Notes under the pieces: model-generated
What the model was told of the DNA's origin: nothing
The model's database searches: none
Seen by the model: only the letters and a program-made list of their open reading frames with translations
Position numbers and translations under genes: made by a program
Origin: Phycisphaerales bacterium
GTDB lineage: Bacteria > Planctomycetota > Phycisphaerae > Phycisphaerales > UBA1924
Direction: 5' to 3'
Length of the DNA: 64,000 nucleotides
Assembly: GCA_965227775.1 (NCBI GenBank)
Contig: OZ245777.1
Span: 2,368,001-2,432,000, forward strand
Shown: one piece after another, positions 22,809 to 32,564 of the stretch
How positions within the stretch are numbered: the stretch's first letter is position 1
Layout of the letters: the number at the start of each line of letters is the position of its first letter

Positions 22809-25129
22809 TCGCAACCCGCGTCGAAGGCGTTCTGGAACGCCAAAAAGTCGAACAGTGTGAACATGCCGTCGCCGTCGAAGTCGGCACGGGGGTCGCCGGT
22901 CGCGAAGGCGTTCTGGAAGGCCAGGAAATCGAACAGCGTGAGGTCTCCGTCGCCGTCGAAGTCGGCCCGGCAGGCCACGGCGTTTGCCGTCAGCACGCTG
23001 ATGGTCTGCTCGTCTTTGTTGGCGATGGCGAGGTCGGGGTGGCCATCATCGTTGAGGTCGGCGACCGCAACAGCGGTGGTTCCCAGGCCGGCGGTGAACC
23101 GCAGCGTGGGCTCCATCGATCGATCGCTCCGCACGCGCACGATGTACACCGAGCCGTTCTGTGCGTCGGTGAGCAGCAAGTCTGCCGTACCATCGCCGTT
23201 GACGTCGGCGATGGTGGGCCGTCGATTGAGGCCGTCGACGTTGAACTGGTCCTTCACTGCGAGGCCATCCGGCCCGCCGAAGACGAGCGCTGCGGCCCCG
23301 CCTGAGGCGTTGACAACAGCAATGTCATCGAAACCATCGCCGTCGACGTCGCCCGCGGCGATGTGGTCCTGCCCAAAGCCGATGTCGATTGATTGGGCTT
23401 CCTGGAACGTGCCGCCGCCGGTGCCCAAGAACACGCTTGCGTTGGGCTCGGCAGCATTGGCCGTCGCCATGTCGGCAATGCCGTCTCCGTTGAAGTCGCC
23501 GAAGTCCACGCCCCTGGTCTGGCGTCCCGCGGAGAAGATCTGTCCCGGCTGGAAGGTGCCGTCGCCGTTGCCAAGGGCGAGCGTGAGGTTGCTGGCGCCC
23601 CAGCTCGGCGCAACGACGTCGGCGATCCCGTCGCCGTTTGCGTCGCCCGTGGCCACGTCGTAGGGAAAGCCGCTGTTGGGGATCAGAATCGGCGTCGCGA
23701 ATGCACCGCCCGTATTCAGCAGAACGGCCGAGTTCGCCGCAAAGAAGCTGGATGTCACCACGTCGAGCCGGCCATCGCCGTCGAAGTCGGCCACGTCGAT
23801 GCCCAGCGCGTCGGCGCCGGTCTCGAACGTAATCGGATCCGCGAAGCCACCGCCGGGCAACGCAACGTGCAACGCCACAGATCCCGGCACGCCGCGATTT
23901 GACGACACAAGGTCGGGCAGGCCGTCGCCGGTGAAATCTGCAGCGGCAGCATCAACCATCAGGCCAGGCGCGTCCAATGACTGCACGCCCCGAAGCCGGC
24001 CGGTGCCGTCGTTGAGCAGCACGGTCATGCCCGTTCCGGATGTGGCAAGGTCTAGATCGCCGTCCCCATCGGCGTCGATGAGTTCCGCGAGCCCGGCCAC
24101 GTTTCCTACACGCTGAGAGGGGAGCGGGGTGAATCCGCCTGTGCCATCATTGATGAACACCGTTGCCTGCCCGCCGGTGGCGAACGACGTGGCCGTGCGA
24201 ACCGCGTCCAAGTCGCCGTCGCCGTCGAGATCGCCGAGCGCTAGGCCCGTGCCCGTCCCGATGGCGGGGAAGCTCTCGAACTCGGCGTACGTGCCTGCGC
24301 CGAGCCCGCGGATCAAGGAGAGGTCGTTTGCCGTTGTGGCGAGGATGTCGCGGAAACCATCGCCGTCGATGTCGACGAACTCCAGGGCGTTCGGGCTCGG
24401 TCCGAGCAAGAACTCGCGGGAGAACGAGAGGGTTCCCGTTCCATCTCCGACGAACAGGCTGAGCGAGGCGTCAAACCGCTCGGCGACCAGAACATCAGCG
24501 TGCCCGTCACCATCGATATCGGCCACGAGCACACCGCGGGGCGTGTCCGTTACCGGGTAGCGGACATCGGGGTCGGTGAACGTCCCATCGCCACGGCCGA
24601 ACACGGGGATGACCTCGTTGTTCCTTCCGTCGATGACGATCGCGTCGAGGATTCCGTCGCCGTTCAAATCGCCCAGGTCGACACCGGTGAGCCCCACGCC
24701 CACTGCTTGGCTCGATCTGAAGAAGCTGCCCGCCCCGTCGTTCAGCCGGATTGCCAGCGAAGTGGAGCCAACGCCGATGAAGTCGAGATCGCCGTCGTTG
24801 TCCAGGTCGCCCGCGACGGGAGCACTGCCCGCACCGCCCCCGTCGGACTGCGGCTCCAGCAACGCGCCATCCCCGGCGAAGTACATCTGCAGGACCGTAC
24901 CCAAGGAGGCCAGGTCGTCTCGGCCATCGCCGTTAAAGTCGCCTACGAGGGGGCTGCCGCCGGGCAGTGCTGCGCCCGGATACTGGAGCCGAGGCTCGAT
25001 GTCTTGGCCGATGGCGGCTGCTTGCCCGGCCAGGGTCAGCACCGCCGCAAGGGCACCCGTGCCCATTGCCACCTTGCGCCGCTTGCGACCGTCGGAGGTA
25101 CCGAAGCCAGGCGAATTCTGCGTGTTCAT
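22805..25129 (-). CDS. Large FG-GAP/VCBS repeat protein with GC-type dockerin-like C-terminus
   Basis: Signal peptide; about 13 D(F/L/I/V/A)(N/D)GDG loops; C-terminal CRADFDGDG...FQNAFDAGCD. Confidence 0.92.
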   Translation of the reverse strand: MNTQNSPGFGTSDGRKRRKVAMGTGALAAVLTLAGQAAAIGQDIEPRLQYPGAALPGGSPLVGDFNGDGRDDLASLGTVLQMYFAGDGALLEPQSDGGGAGSAPVAGDLDNDGDLDFIGVGSTSLAIRLNDGAGSFFRSSQAVGVGLTGVDLGDLNGDGILDAIVIDGRNNEVIPVFGRGDGTFTDPDVRYPVTDTPRGVLVADIDGDGHADVLVAERFDASLSLFVGDGTGTLSFSREFLLGPSPNALEFVDIDGDGFRDILATTANDLSLIRGLGAGTYAEFESFPAIGTGTGLALGDLDGDGDLDAVRTATSFATGGQATVFINDGTGGFTPLPSQRVGNVAGLAELIDADGDGDLDLATSGTGMTVLLNDGTGRLRGVQSLDAPGLMVDAAAADFTGDGLPDLVSSNRGVPGSVALHVALPGGGFADPITFETGADALGIDVADFDGDGRLDVVTSSFFAANSAVLLNTGGAFATPILIPNSGFPYDVATGDANGDGIADVVAPSWGASNLTLALGNGDGTFQPGQIFSAGRQTRGVDFGDFNGDGIADMATANAAEPNASVFLGTGGGTFQEAQSIDIGFGQDHIAAGDVDGDGFDDIAVVNASGGAAALVFGGPDGLAVKDQFNVDGLNRRPTIADVNGDGTADLLLTDAQNGSVYIVRVRSDRSMEPTLRFTAGLGTTAVAVADLNDDGHPDLAIANKDEQTISVLTANAVACRADFDGDGDLTLFDFLAFQNAFATGDPRADFDGDGMFTLFDFLAFQNAFDAGCD

Positions 25130-25316
25130 CGTGGACTCCCGGTTCAGACCCGTTGCTCAGTTCCACCACGGTGTGCCGGGCAGGCGTGGGCGGAACGACC
25201 TTCGATACTGCCCGCCCCGGTCTTGGTTGCCATCGCGGCCCGCGCAGATTGAAAACCGGCGTCTGTTTGGGCTGCTGTGGGCTTCGCCCGAACCCCCTGC
25301 AGACCCTCAATCCGCC

Positions 25317-25322
25317 TATACT
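25317..25322 (+). promoter_or_regulatory. -10 box (TATACT) 8 nt before atpG ATG; likely leaderless promoter
   Basis: Near-consensus -10 box, no SD. Confidence 0.65.
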
Positions 25323-25330
25323 CGCCGCCT

Positions 25331-26209
25331 ATGGCCAAGACCCGCGAGATCAAGAAGCGCATCAAGGCGGTCAAGAACATCCAGCGGATTACCCGCACGA
25401 TGCAGATGATCGCCACCAGCAAGTTTGCCAAGAGCCAGAGCCGGGCCGAGGCGACCAAGCCCTACACGGAGGGCATCTTCGAGTTGGTCCAGGAGCTTGC
25501 CGCCACCGCCGGCAACGTCAGCCACCCGCTGATCGAGGGCCCCGAGGGCGGCTTCAAGGACGACGCCCGCCCGCTCACGCTGGTCATCACGAGCGATCGC
25601 GGCCTGTGCGGCCCGTACAACGGCTCGGTCCTCCGCACCGCCATCAAGCAGCTGCGTTCTGAGGGCGCCAGCGACCCGCGCGTCGAGGTCGTGGGTAAGA
25701 AGGGCGTCGCGTTCATGAAATTCAATGGCGTGAACGTCCACCGCCACCACACGCAGTTCGGGGATCGGCCCGAGTTCGAGGACGTCCAGGAACTGGCCCA
25801 GCACTACATCGAGCTCTTCGAAGCTGGACGCATCACCGGCGTGAACCTGATCTACATGCGGTACATCTCGGTCGCTCGGCAGAGCCCGACGATCGTGCCG
25901 CTGCTGCCGCTCAAGCCACCGGCCGTTGAGAAGCAGGAAGAGGGCTTCTCGGCACAATACGAGTTCAGCCCAGACGCCGAGGGCCTGTTGGCCGAGCTGC
26001 TGCCTGAGACGGTCAAGACCACGCTGTTCCAGGCGTTCAACGACGCCGTGGTCAGCGAGAACATCGCCCGCATGGTGGCGATGAAGGCCGCGACCGACAA
26101 CGCCGGCAAGATGGGCAAGGCCCTGAAGCGCAAGTTCAACCGCGCTCGCCAGGCCCAGATCACCACCGAGCTGAACGAGATCGTGTCGGGCGCCGCGGCG
26201 CTGGGCTGA
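25331..26209 (+). CDS. atpG: ATP synthase F1 gamma subunit
   Basis: MAKTREIKKRIKAVKNIQRITRTMQMIA, ITSDRGLCG.YN, ARMVAMKAATDNA, NRARQAQITTELNEIVSGAAAL. Confidence 0.98.
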   Translation: MAKTREIKKRIKAVKNIQRITRTMQMIATSKFAKSQSRAEATKPYTEGIFELVQELAATAGNVSHPLIEGPEGGFKDDARPLTLVITSDRGLCGPYNGSVLRTAIKQLRSEGASDPRVEVVGKKGVAFMKFNGVNVHRHHTQFGDRPEFEDVQELAQHYIELFEAGRITGVNLIYMRYISVARQSPTIVPLLPLKPPAVEKQEEGFSAQYEFSPDAEGLLAELLPETVKTTLFQAFNDAVVSENIARMVAMKAATDNAGKMGKALKRKFNRARQAQITTELNEIVSGAAALG

Positions 26210-26260
26210 TTCTCAAGCCCACGGGTGAATCGACCTGCCCACGACTTCGGACGTGGGTTT

Positions 26261-27031
26261 TTACTGCGCCCTCTGATACCAATGCACCGCCGTCGTCCCG
26301 TACTCGTGGGTCTCCGGCCCGACGGCCCCCTCGATCTCCAGGGGCCCATCGATGAACTGCGGGCCGTCCGCGCCTTCTTCGATGACCTCGCCGGCTGCGA
26401 TGGCCTCGAACATGGCCTCGATCTCGTCGATGTCCTGCGTGTCGAGCGAGCCGTCGTCCAGGTTGAGTGAGATGACCTCTTCCTTCTCGGGCTTGTGCTT
26501 GCCGCGGCGGGGTTCGAGCTCTGGCGATTCGGTCTCGGGCAACTGCAGAAAAGGCCACGGCGTGCGCAGCAGGAGGTAGCCGTCGTCGGTGAGCTTTTGC
26601 ACCAGCTTGCCCGCCTGCGCGAGCACGCGGCGCCAGCTTTGCGGGTCGCGAGCCAGCGGGTAGGGAGGGTCCATCATGACGACCGTGACAGGGTTCGGGC
26701 ACCGCGCGAACGCCAACGGCCCAAGCGCGTCCCCTTCGACCACTTCGGTCGCGCGGACCGCGTCGAGCTTGGCGATGTTCGTTCTCAGGATCTCTCGGAT
26801 CTTGCGGTCACGCTCGACGAAGACCACTCGCTCGGCACCGCGGCTGAGGGCCTCGAGGCCAAACGAGCCCGTGCCCGCGAACGCATCGAACACGCTCGGC
26901 CCTTCGACCATGTGCCCCTGCAGCATGTTGAAGATCGACTCGCGCACGCGGTCGGGCAGGGGCCTGGTGGTCTTGTCGTCGGGCGGGCCCTTCAGGATCG
27001 TCCGCTTGAATTGGCCGCCGATGATGCGCAT
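26261..27031 (-). CDS. rsmD: RsmD family rRNA methyltransferase
   Basis: MRIIGG...TRP..DRVRESIFN, DAFAGTGSFGLEALSRGA, DPPY. Confidence 0.92.
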   Translation of the reverse strand: MRIIGGQFKRTILKGPPDDKTTRPLPDRVRESIFNMLQGHMVEGPSVFDAFAGTGSFGLEALSRGAERVVFVERDRKIREILRTNIAKLDAVRATEVVEGDALGPLAFARCPNPVTVVMMDPPYPLARDPQSWRRVLAQAGKLVQKLTDDGYLLLRTPWPFLQLPETESPELEPRRGKHKPEKEEVISLNLDDGSLDTQDIDEIEAMFEAIAAGEVIEEGADGPQFIDGPLEIEGAVGPETHEYGTTAVHWYQRAQ

Positions 27032-27061
27032 TGCCGAGCAAAGCGCGACCACGAGCCCGAG

Positions 27062-28426
27062 TCAAGCCTCGTCGGCGTCGGTCCGGCTTGGCTCGTCCTG
27101 CGCGACCGCTGCGGGCTCGCCGACGAGTTCCAGCTTCACCCGCCGAACGCGGGTCTGCTCGGCGCTGGTCACGATGAGCCGCACCTCGCCCTCCACCCAG
27201 GCGTCGCCGATGTCGGGAATGCGGCCGAGCCGGGTCGAGACGTAGCCGCCCACCGTGTCGTAATCATCCTCTTCGGGCAGCACGACGTTGAGCGGCCGCA
27301 ACGCGTCGTTCGCGTCATCGATGTGGGCCTGCGCGTCGATCTCGGCCGTCCGTCGCTCGAGGTCGATCTTGACCTCGGGCTCGTCTTCGGGCGCGTCCTC
27401 GTACTCGTCGTGGATTTCGCCGAAGACCTCCTCGACGATGTCTTCGATCGTGACGAGGCCGGCGGTACCCCCGTACTCGTCGGCGACCATCGCGATGTGC
27501 ACGCGGCTCTGGATCATTTCGCGGAGCAGCTCTCGCACCGTCTTCGTTTCGGGGATAAACAGGGCCGTGCGGAGAATGTCCTGGAGATGGAAGTGCTCCG
27601 CGTGGCCGTTTCCGGGCTCGGCCAGCCACTTCAGCAGGTCCTTGGCGTACAGGAAGCCGGCGATGGTGTCGAGGTTCTCGCGGTACACCGGTATCCGGCT
27701 GTGGTGGCTGTCGCGCACGTACCGCTTCACGTCGGAAATGTCGTCGGTGTACTCAAGCGCCTCGATGGCCGTGCGCGGCGTCATGATCTCGTCGACGCTG
27801 GTCGAACGAAATTCGACGACCGCCTCGATCATGTCGCGCTCGGTCTCGTCCACGCCGCCGAATCGCTCGGCCTGCTCGACGGCGCTCAGGATCTCGGCCT
27901 CGGCCGTATCCTCGCTATCGGCACCCGCGAGGCGGCGGACAACCTCGTCAAAGAACAGATACGCGCCCGCGAAGGGTCGCAGCGGAATCAAGAGGCCTCG
28001 GATGATCGGCGCGGTTGCCCGCAGCGTTGGTCCCCACGCGTGCCGGGCGATCGCGGCGGGCAAGGCCATGTTGGACACCCACAGGACGGGCGATGCGATC
28101 GCGATGCCCAGCACGAGCGACACCCACCCGATCTCGACGCCGCTTCCCGATTCGGGAGGATCCAGCAACATCGCCAGATGGAGTACGACAGCTACCGGCA
28201 CGAGCAGACTGAATGCGATGCGCGGCAGGGCGATTGCGCCTGCCGACACGTCGGCGCGATCGAGGATTGAGCGGATTTGTGCTCGCCTCGCATCGTCGGC
28301 GATGCCGCGAAGCCAGTCTTCACCCGCGACGCGGTGGGCGTGCCGGAGCGTCTGATGGAGGATGGCGAACACGCAGCCCACGAAGGCCGCACCGACGGCG
28401 ATCCAGAACCACACCATCGCGCTCAT
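27062..28426 (-). CDS. CNNM/hemolysin family protein (DUF21 + CBS pair + CorC domain)
   Basis: N-terminal TMs; EIMTPRT, HSRIPVY, VADEYGGTAGLVTIEDIVEEVFGEIHDEYE, DYDTVGG. Confidence 0.93.
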   Translation of the reverse strand: MSAMVWFWIAVGAAFVGCVFAILHQTLRHAHRVAGEDWLRGIADDARRAQIRSILDRADVSAGAIALPRIAFSLLVPVAVVLHLAMLLDPPESGSGVEIGWVSLVLGIAIASPVLWVSNMALPAAIARHAWGPTLRATAPIIRGLLIPLRPFAGAYLFFDEVVRRLAGADSEDTAEAEILSAVEQAERFGGVDETERDMIEAVVEFRSTSVDEIMTPRTAIEALEYTDDISDVKRYVRDSHHSRIPVYRENLDTIAGFLYAKDLLKWLAEPGNGHAEHFHLQDILRTALFIPETKTVRELLREMIQSRVHIAMVADEYGGTAGLVTIEDIVEEVFGEIHDEYEDAPEDEPEVKIDLERRTAEIDAQAHIDDANDALRPLNVVLPEEDDYDTVGGYVSTRLGRIPDIGDAWVEGEVRLIVTSAEQTRVRRVKLELVGEPAAVAQDEPSRTDADEA

Positions 28427-28995
28427 GCGGAGCCGCCTCCGCGTGTGGGCGAGAACGTGGCTCCGACGCCGACCGCCTCGAGGAGTTCATCCTCCAACGC
28501 GTGCATCCGCTGGTACGAGGCCTCGTCGTGGTCGTCGTGTCCCAGGCAGTGCAGCAGGCCGTGCACGACGTAGAGCAGTAGTTCGCGTTCGAGAGTGTGA
28601 CCGTGCTGGCGGGCCCGTCGCCCTGCTTCGTCGATGCAGACCATCAGGTCCGCGTCCACGGGTGCGCCCCGGGCCGCTGCACCATCAGCCAGATCGAACG
28701 TCAGCACGTCGGTGGTGGTGGGGTCGCCGAGGTGTCGTTCGTGGGCGGCGGCCATCTCGGAGTCGCCCACGATGCGCACGCGTAGCTCGCCCTCAAGGTC
28801 CAGTTGCTCGCTGATTCGCGCGGTATGGCCAATAAGCCACGCACGCTTCGAGGGGTCGAAGGCGGAGCAGGCATCTCGGCTAATGGAGAGGTCTACGGAG
28901 AGGCCCTGTGAGCGTTCGGGGGGCTCTTCGGCCGGACTCGCCGGCTCCGGGTCGTCTGTGCCCGCGGGGGCTTCGTGGTCGAGTTGGACGAACAT
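28423..28995 (-). CDS. ybeY: rRNA maturation endoribonuclease YbeY
   Basis: TDVLTF and HGLLHCLGHDD (H-x3-H-x5 motif); GGAGG RBS; TAAACT -10 at 29020-29025. Confidence 0.92.
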   Translation of the reverse strand: MFVQLDHEAPAGTDDPEPASPAEEPPERSQGLSVDLSISRDACSAFDPSKRAWLIGHTARISEQLDLEGELRVRIVGDSEMAAAHERHLGDPTTTDVLTFDLADGAAARGAPVDADLMVCIDEAGRRARQHGHTLERELLLYVVHGLLHCLGHDDHDEASYQRMHALEDELLEAVGVGATFSPTRGGGSA

Positions 28996-29054
28996 GTCCG
29001 GGGCGGTCCTCCAGCCACAAGTTTACCGCCGTGGAGACCCCGGCGGAGCCGATC

Positions 29055-30113
29055 TCAGGCGGCCATCGGCGGCTCGTCGCTGTGGCCCTCGTTCTCTTCC
29101 CACTGGTCCATGGGGATGTGGCGGTGGTGGACCCGGATGATCCGGGCGAGCTGCTGGGCCATGATGTCGCCGATCACGCCTAGGCGGCGCAGCGTCGTGG
29201 CATCGAACGGATCCCGATCATCCCGGAACAGGGCCACGGCCGCAAGCATCTCGCCGTCGTGCTCGGCTGCGAAGGTCACTGCCTCGCAGCCGGTGAGCCA
29301 CGCGGCGTGCTCGCCCATGAGCTCATCGAGGGCGTCGTCACCACGATGCACACGCAGGGTGGGGTCCGACTCGATCGCCGGCGCCACCGAGGCGGCCACG
29401 TGGTCGAGCAGCATGTCGACGCAGTCCTTGGGACAGTCGTAGTTTACGTAGGCCCCAAGCGTGAACTCATCGCCGGCGGTCGGAAGGAACACCGCCGCGT
29501 TGGTCGGCCCGATCTTGTGCAGTACGTACTCGAGCGTCGTGCGCAACAGGCTCTCGACGTCGAGTTCCAGCCGTGCGAGCACACCGAACTCCGCTCGCAC
29601 GGTCACGAGGTCGGTATCGACCACGTCGCTCGCATTCGTAGGTGTGGGTGTCAGCGTCAGGGGCTTGGGTGCCGGGCCGCGGCGCCGCGGAGCACGAGTG
29701 ACCATGACGCCGATGCGCCGCGCTAGCTCGCGCTTGGGCGCATCGAGGACGAGCAGGTCGCTCATCCCGAGACGCATCGCTTCGGCTGCGTCGTCCACCG
29801 TTGGCGTGAACGAAGCGAGGGCCAAGCGGAATACGCCCTCGAATTCCTCGGCCAGCAGACGCCAGCGGGTGCCGTCGTCATCGGCCGCCACGAGCACGAG
29901 ATCCGGGCGGATGGCAAAGAGGTCGTCGGCTTCATCGAAGGTCAGAACGACGGGCGATACGCCAAGGGCCGCCTTCGCTTGCGACGCGAGGAGTCGGGCA
30001 ACGTCCCGCTGATCGGCGACGACCGCCACGCGGCTCGTCTGCTCCGTCGCTGGGCTGCTCGCGGGAGCGGCCTTGGACGGCTTGTTGAAGGGGTCTGGGG
30101 CAGCGTGGGCCAT
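29055..30113 (-). CDS. Degenerate receiver-like domain + GAF domain protein
   Basis: RVAVVADQ...PDLVLVA...AAEAMRLGMSDLL (REC-like, lacks phospho-Asp and Lys); C-terminal GAF-like LDVESLLRTTLEYVL...AAVALFRD. Confidence 0.65.
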   Translation of the reverse strand: MAHAAPDPFNKPSKAAPASSPATEQTSRVAVVADQRDVARLLASQAKAALGVSPVVLTFDEADDLFAIRPDLVLVAADDDGTRWRLLAEEFEGVFRLALASFTPTVDDAAEAMRLGMSDLLVLDAPKRELARRIGVMVTRAPRRRGPAPKPLTLTPTPTNASDVVDTDLVTVRAEFGVLARLELDVESLLRTTLEYVLHKIGPTNAAVFLPTAGDEFTLGAYVNYDCPKDCVDMLLDHVAASVAPAIESDPTLRVHRGDDALDELMGEHAAWLTGCEAVTFAAEHDGEMLAAVALFRDDRDPFDATTLRRLGVIGDIMAQQLARIIRVHHRHIPMDQWEENEGHSDEPPMAA

Positions 30114-30234
30114 TGGGCGGGCTCTCCGTGCAATCCTCGCGTCGCGGGCGGGCCCCTCCGATGGACCCGCTCGTTCTGTGCATGGATCGACCGCATTGCG
30201 GGGCCAATCCAATCCAATCAACGCGATTGCAGGG

Positions 30235-32544
30235 TCAGCCGACGACTTCTGGGTGCTGGCTTGCGCCGAAGTCATTGCCAATCATGGAGTTACCGACAGC
30301 CGACGCTGGCAAAGAAAGCGTCGCGACGGCTCCGATGTCTCGCCCGTTGGCGATGGTGAGCGTTCCTTGCATGAGTTCGGCGAGCCGCTTGGCCCGCGCG
30401 AGCCCAAGCCCGGGCTGCCTTCCGGCGGGCTTCTCCGAGAAGAACGGATCGAACGCGTGGCGGAGGGCGCGGTCGCTCAAGCCTGGGCCTCGATCGGACA
30501 CCTCGAACACCAGGCACTCATCCAGCGGATCGATCCGAACGCTCAGCGTGGCTGGTGCTCCAGTCTCGGCCGCGTTGACCAGCATCTCGGTGAGGATGCG
30601 TTGCACCAAGCCCTCGTCGACAACGGCCTCCTTCGGAGCACCCGACACATCAACCGAGAGATCAAGGCCCGAGCCCATCCGATCGCGGACACTCCTGGCC
30701 ACCGCCTTGGTGAGATGCTTCACATCCGTGGTGCTGGCTTCGGGCCTGGGCGGATCGGCAAACATGTGCAGCGCGCTGATCAGATCGGACAACAGATGCG
30801 AAGCCCCGACCATGGCGCTAGCGGCGCTGCGGACCGATTCGTCGGCCGCCGAGTCGTGCAGCAACTGCGCCCGACCACTGATGACCGTCAGCGGGTTGTT
30901 CATCTCGTGCGCGGCACCGGCCGCCAGCTCGCCGAGCCTTGCCATCGCTTGCGCTTCGCTCAGGCGATCCTGGGCGGCGCTGAGCGCGCGATTCGCTTCG
31001 GCAAGCCGTTCGCCGAGGCGACGCGCGGATTCATGGCGGGCCGCCGCGGCCACGGAGGATGCCCAGACCTCGATAAGGGCGCGCTGCTGCTCGAGTGCAT
31101 CGGATCCATCATGGAGGATCGCGACGGCGGGAGCATCGCTCACGCGCCCGGGCGTCAAAGGCACAAGGCGGATCGACTCGGGCTCCTCGAAGTACCCTGA
31201 AGCGGCACCGCGAAGCCAGGACTCGAGGGGGGTCATCGAAAGCGGCGCATCGATTGATCGCCCGAGCTCTGCCAACGCCTGAGCCACCCGATCGGCACCC
31301 ACCGGCTCGGTCAGCGAAGCGGCGCGTGTCGTCTCGCCCGCGGTCGAGAGCCAGTCCAGACGCCATGGATCGGCTGGGCTCCGTTTCATCAGGATTGCCA
31401 TTCGGTCGGCCTGAAACGCGTCTGCCGCCGAGCGACCGACAGCCGCCAGCGTGCTCGTCAGACCCTTCCCACCGGGCTGCTCTGCCAGGAATCTGGAGAC
31501 CGCCCGCAGCGTCCGCTCACAGCGACCGGCGAGATCGGCTTGCTTTTCGAGGCGTCCGTGGGCGCGGCCGAGCCATGCGTTGGCCTGGGAGATGGAGTCG
31601 AGCAAGAGCCCGGGGCTGTGCGGCCCATCGAGCCCGAGATCGGCGCACCGGGCGGCGACTGCTTCGTGCAAGCCGGCACCGATTCGCTCGAGCATGGGGC
31701 CATCCAGGCCGTACACCGATGCGATCGTCTCGAGTTGCGGCAGCGAGTCGCACTCGCCGCTCCAGCCCAGGTGCAGTGCCCGGGCCAGCCGGTGGGCGGC
31801 TCCCACGACGCTGACCAGTGAGCGATTGCGAAGCTCTCCCATCGCCTCGGGCGGGTGACTGTATAGCCACATCGAATCCTGGATCTCGAGCGGGAGGTTC
31901 CAATGCTCGGCAAGCCGCTTGCCCGCGGTGTGATGGTTAATGCCGATGATGCGGTTGGCTGCGTCCGAAGCCGCGAGCCCGCGCTCTTCGGCCAAGCGCA
32001 TGATCTTGCCGTAGGTACGCGGCAGCACGAGATCGAGCGCGAGCTTCCCGACGTCGTGCAGCAGCCCGCCGACGAACGCTTCGTCCGGAGATACTCCGAG
32101 CTTCGGGTGCGTCCGAGCGATCTCGTCTGCGGCGCACGCGGAGGCAACGCAGTGCCGCCAGAACGCATCGTGCCGAAACGTCTCGGCTTCAGGTCGTTCT
32201 TCCAACTGGCCGGCATACGAAGAGAGCGTGTCGTACACGGCCACGCTCAGGATCGCGGCACGAACGGCCTCGAACCCCAGCATGACAACCGCCCGCTCGA
32301 CGGTCGTCACGCGATCGCCAAGGCCAAGCTCGGCTCGCTGGCACATCGAGAGCACGCGCCCGGTGAGCGAGGGGTCGCTCTGGATGATCCGAACTACGTC
32401 CGTAAGGTCCGCATCGGAAGCGCTACCCAATCGCAGGACGCGTTGGGCGATCGGAGAGAGCGTCGGCAACTGTTCGATCTGCTGGAGGACCAGCTCGACC
32501 TGGTGCGACTGCTCGTTTGGGTCGGGGCGTGCGGCGTTCACCAT
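30235..32544 (-). CDS. HDOD domain + histidine kinase (HisKA/HATPase)
   Basis: LPTLSPIA, IQSDPSLT, FWRH, GLLHDVGK, HWNLP (HDOD); LAAGAAHEMNNPL H-box; N box, DRGPG, FDPFFSEK, GLGL. Confidence 0.92.
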   Translation of the reverse strand: MVNAARPDPNEQSHQVELVLQQIEQLPTLSPIAQRVLRLGSASDADLTDVVRIIQSDPSLTGRVLSMCQRAELGLGDRVTTVERAVVMLGFEAVRAAILSVAVYDTLSSYAGQLEERPEAETFRHDAFWRHCVASACAADEIARTHPKLGVSPDEAFVGGLLHDVGKLALDLVLPRTYGKIMRLAEERGLAASDAANRIIGINHHTAGKRLAEHWNLPLEIQDSMWLYSHPPEAMGELRNRSLVSVVGAAHRLARALHLGWSGECDSLPQLETIASVYGLDGPMLERIGAGLHEAVAARCADLGLDGPHSPGLLLDSISQANAWLGRAHGRLEKQADLAGRCERTLRAVSRFLAEQPGGKGLTSTLAAVGRSAADAFQADRMAILMKRSPADPWRLDWLSTAGETTRAASLTEPVGADRVAQALAELGRSIDAPLSMTPLESWLRGAASGYFEEPESIRLVPLTPGRVSDAPAVAILHDGSDALEQQRALIEVWASSVAAAARHESARRLGERLAEANRALSAAQDRLSEAQAMARLGELAAGAAHEMNNPLTVISGRAQLLHDSAADESVRSAASAMVGASHLLSDLISALHMFADPPRPEASTTDVKHLTKAVARSVRDRMGSGLDLSVDVSGAPKEAVVDEGLVQRILTEMLVNAAETGAPATLSVRIDPLDECLVFEVSDRGPGLSDRALRHAFDPFFSEKPAGRQPGLGLARAKRLAELMQGTLTIANGRDIGAVATLSLPASAVGNSMIGNDFGASQHPEVVG

Positions 32545-32564
32545 GGGGCGCCTCGCGTCGAAGA

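Noticed and set aside
15141..25129. Recurring GTCGCCGTC-type DNA repeats as CRISPR or DGR template/variable repeats
   Set aside because: They are codon-level echoes of DxDGDG protein repeats with synonymous variation; no reverse transcriptase, cas genes or adenine-specific mismatch pattern
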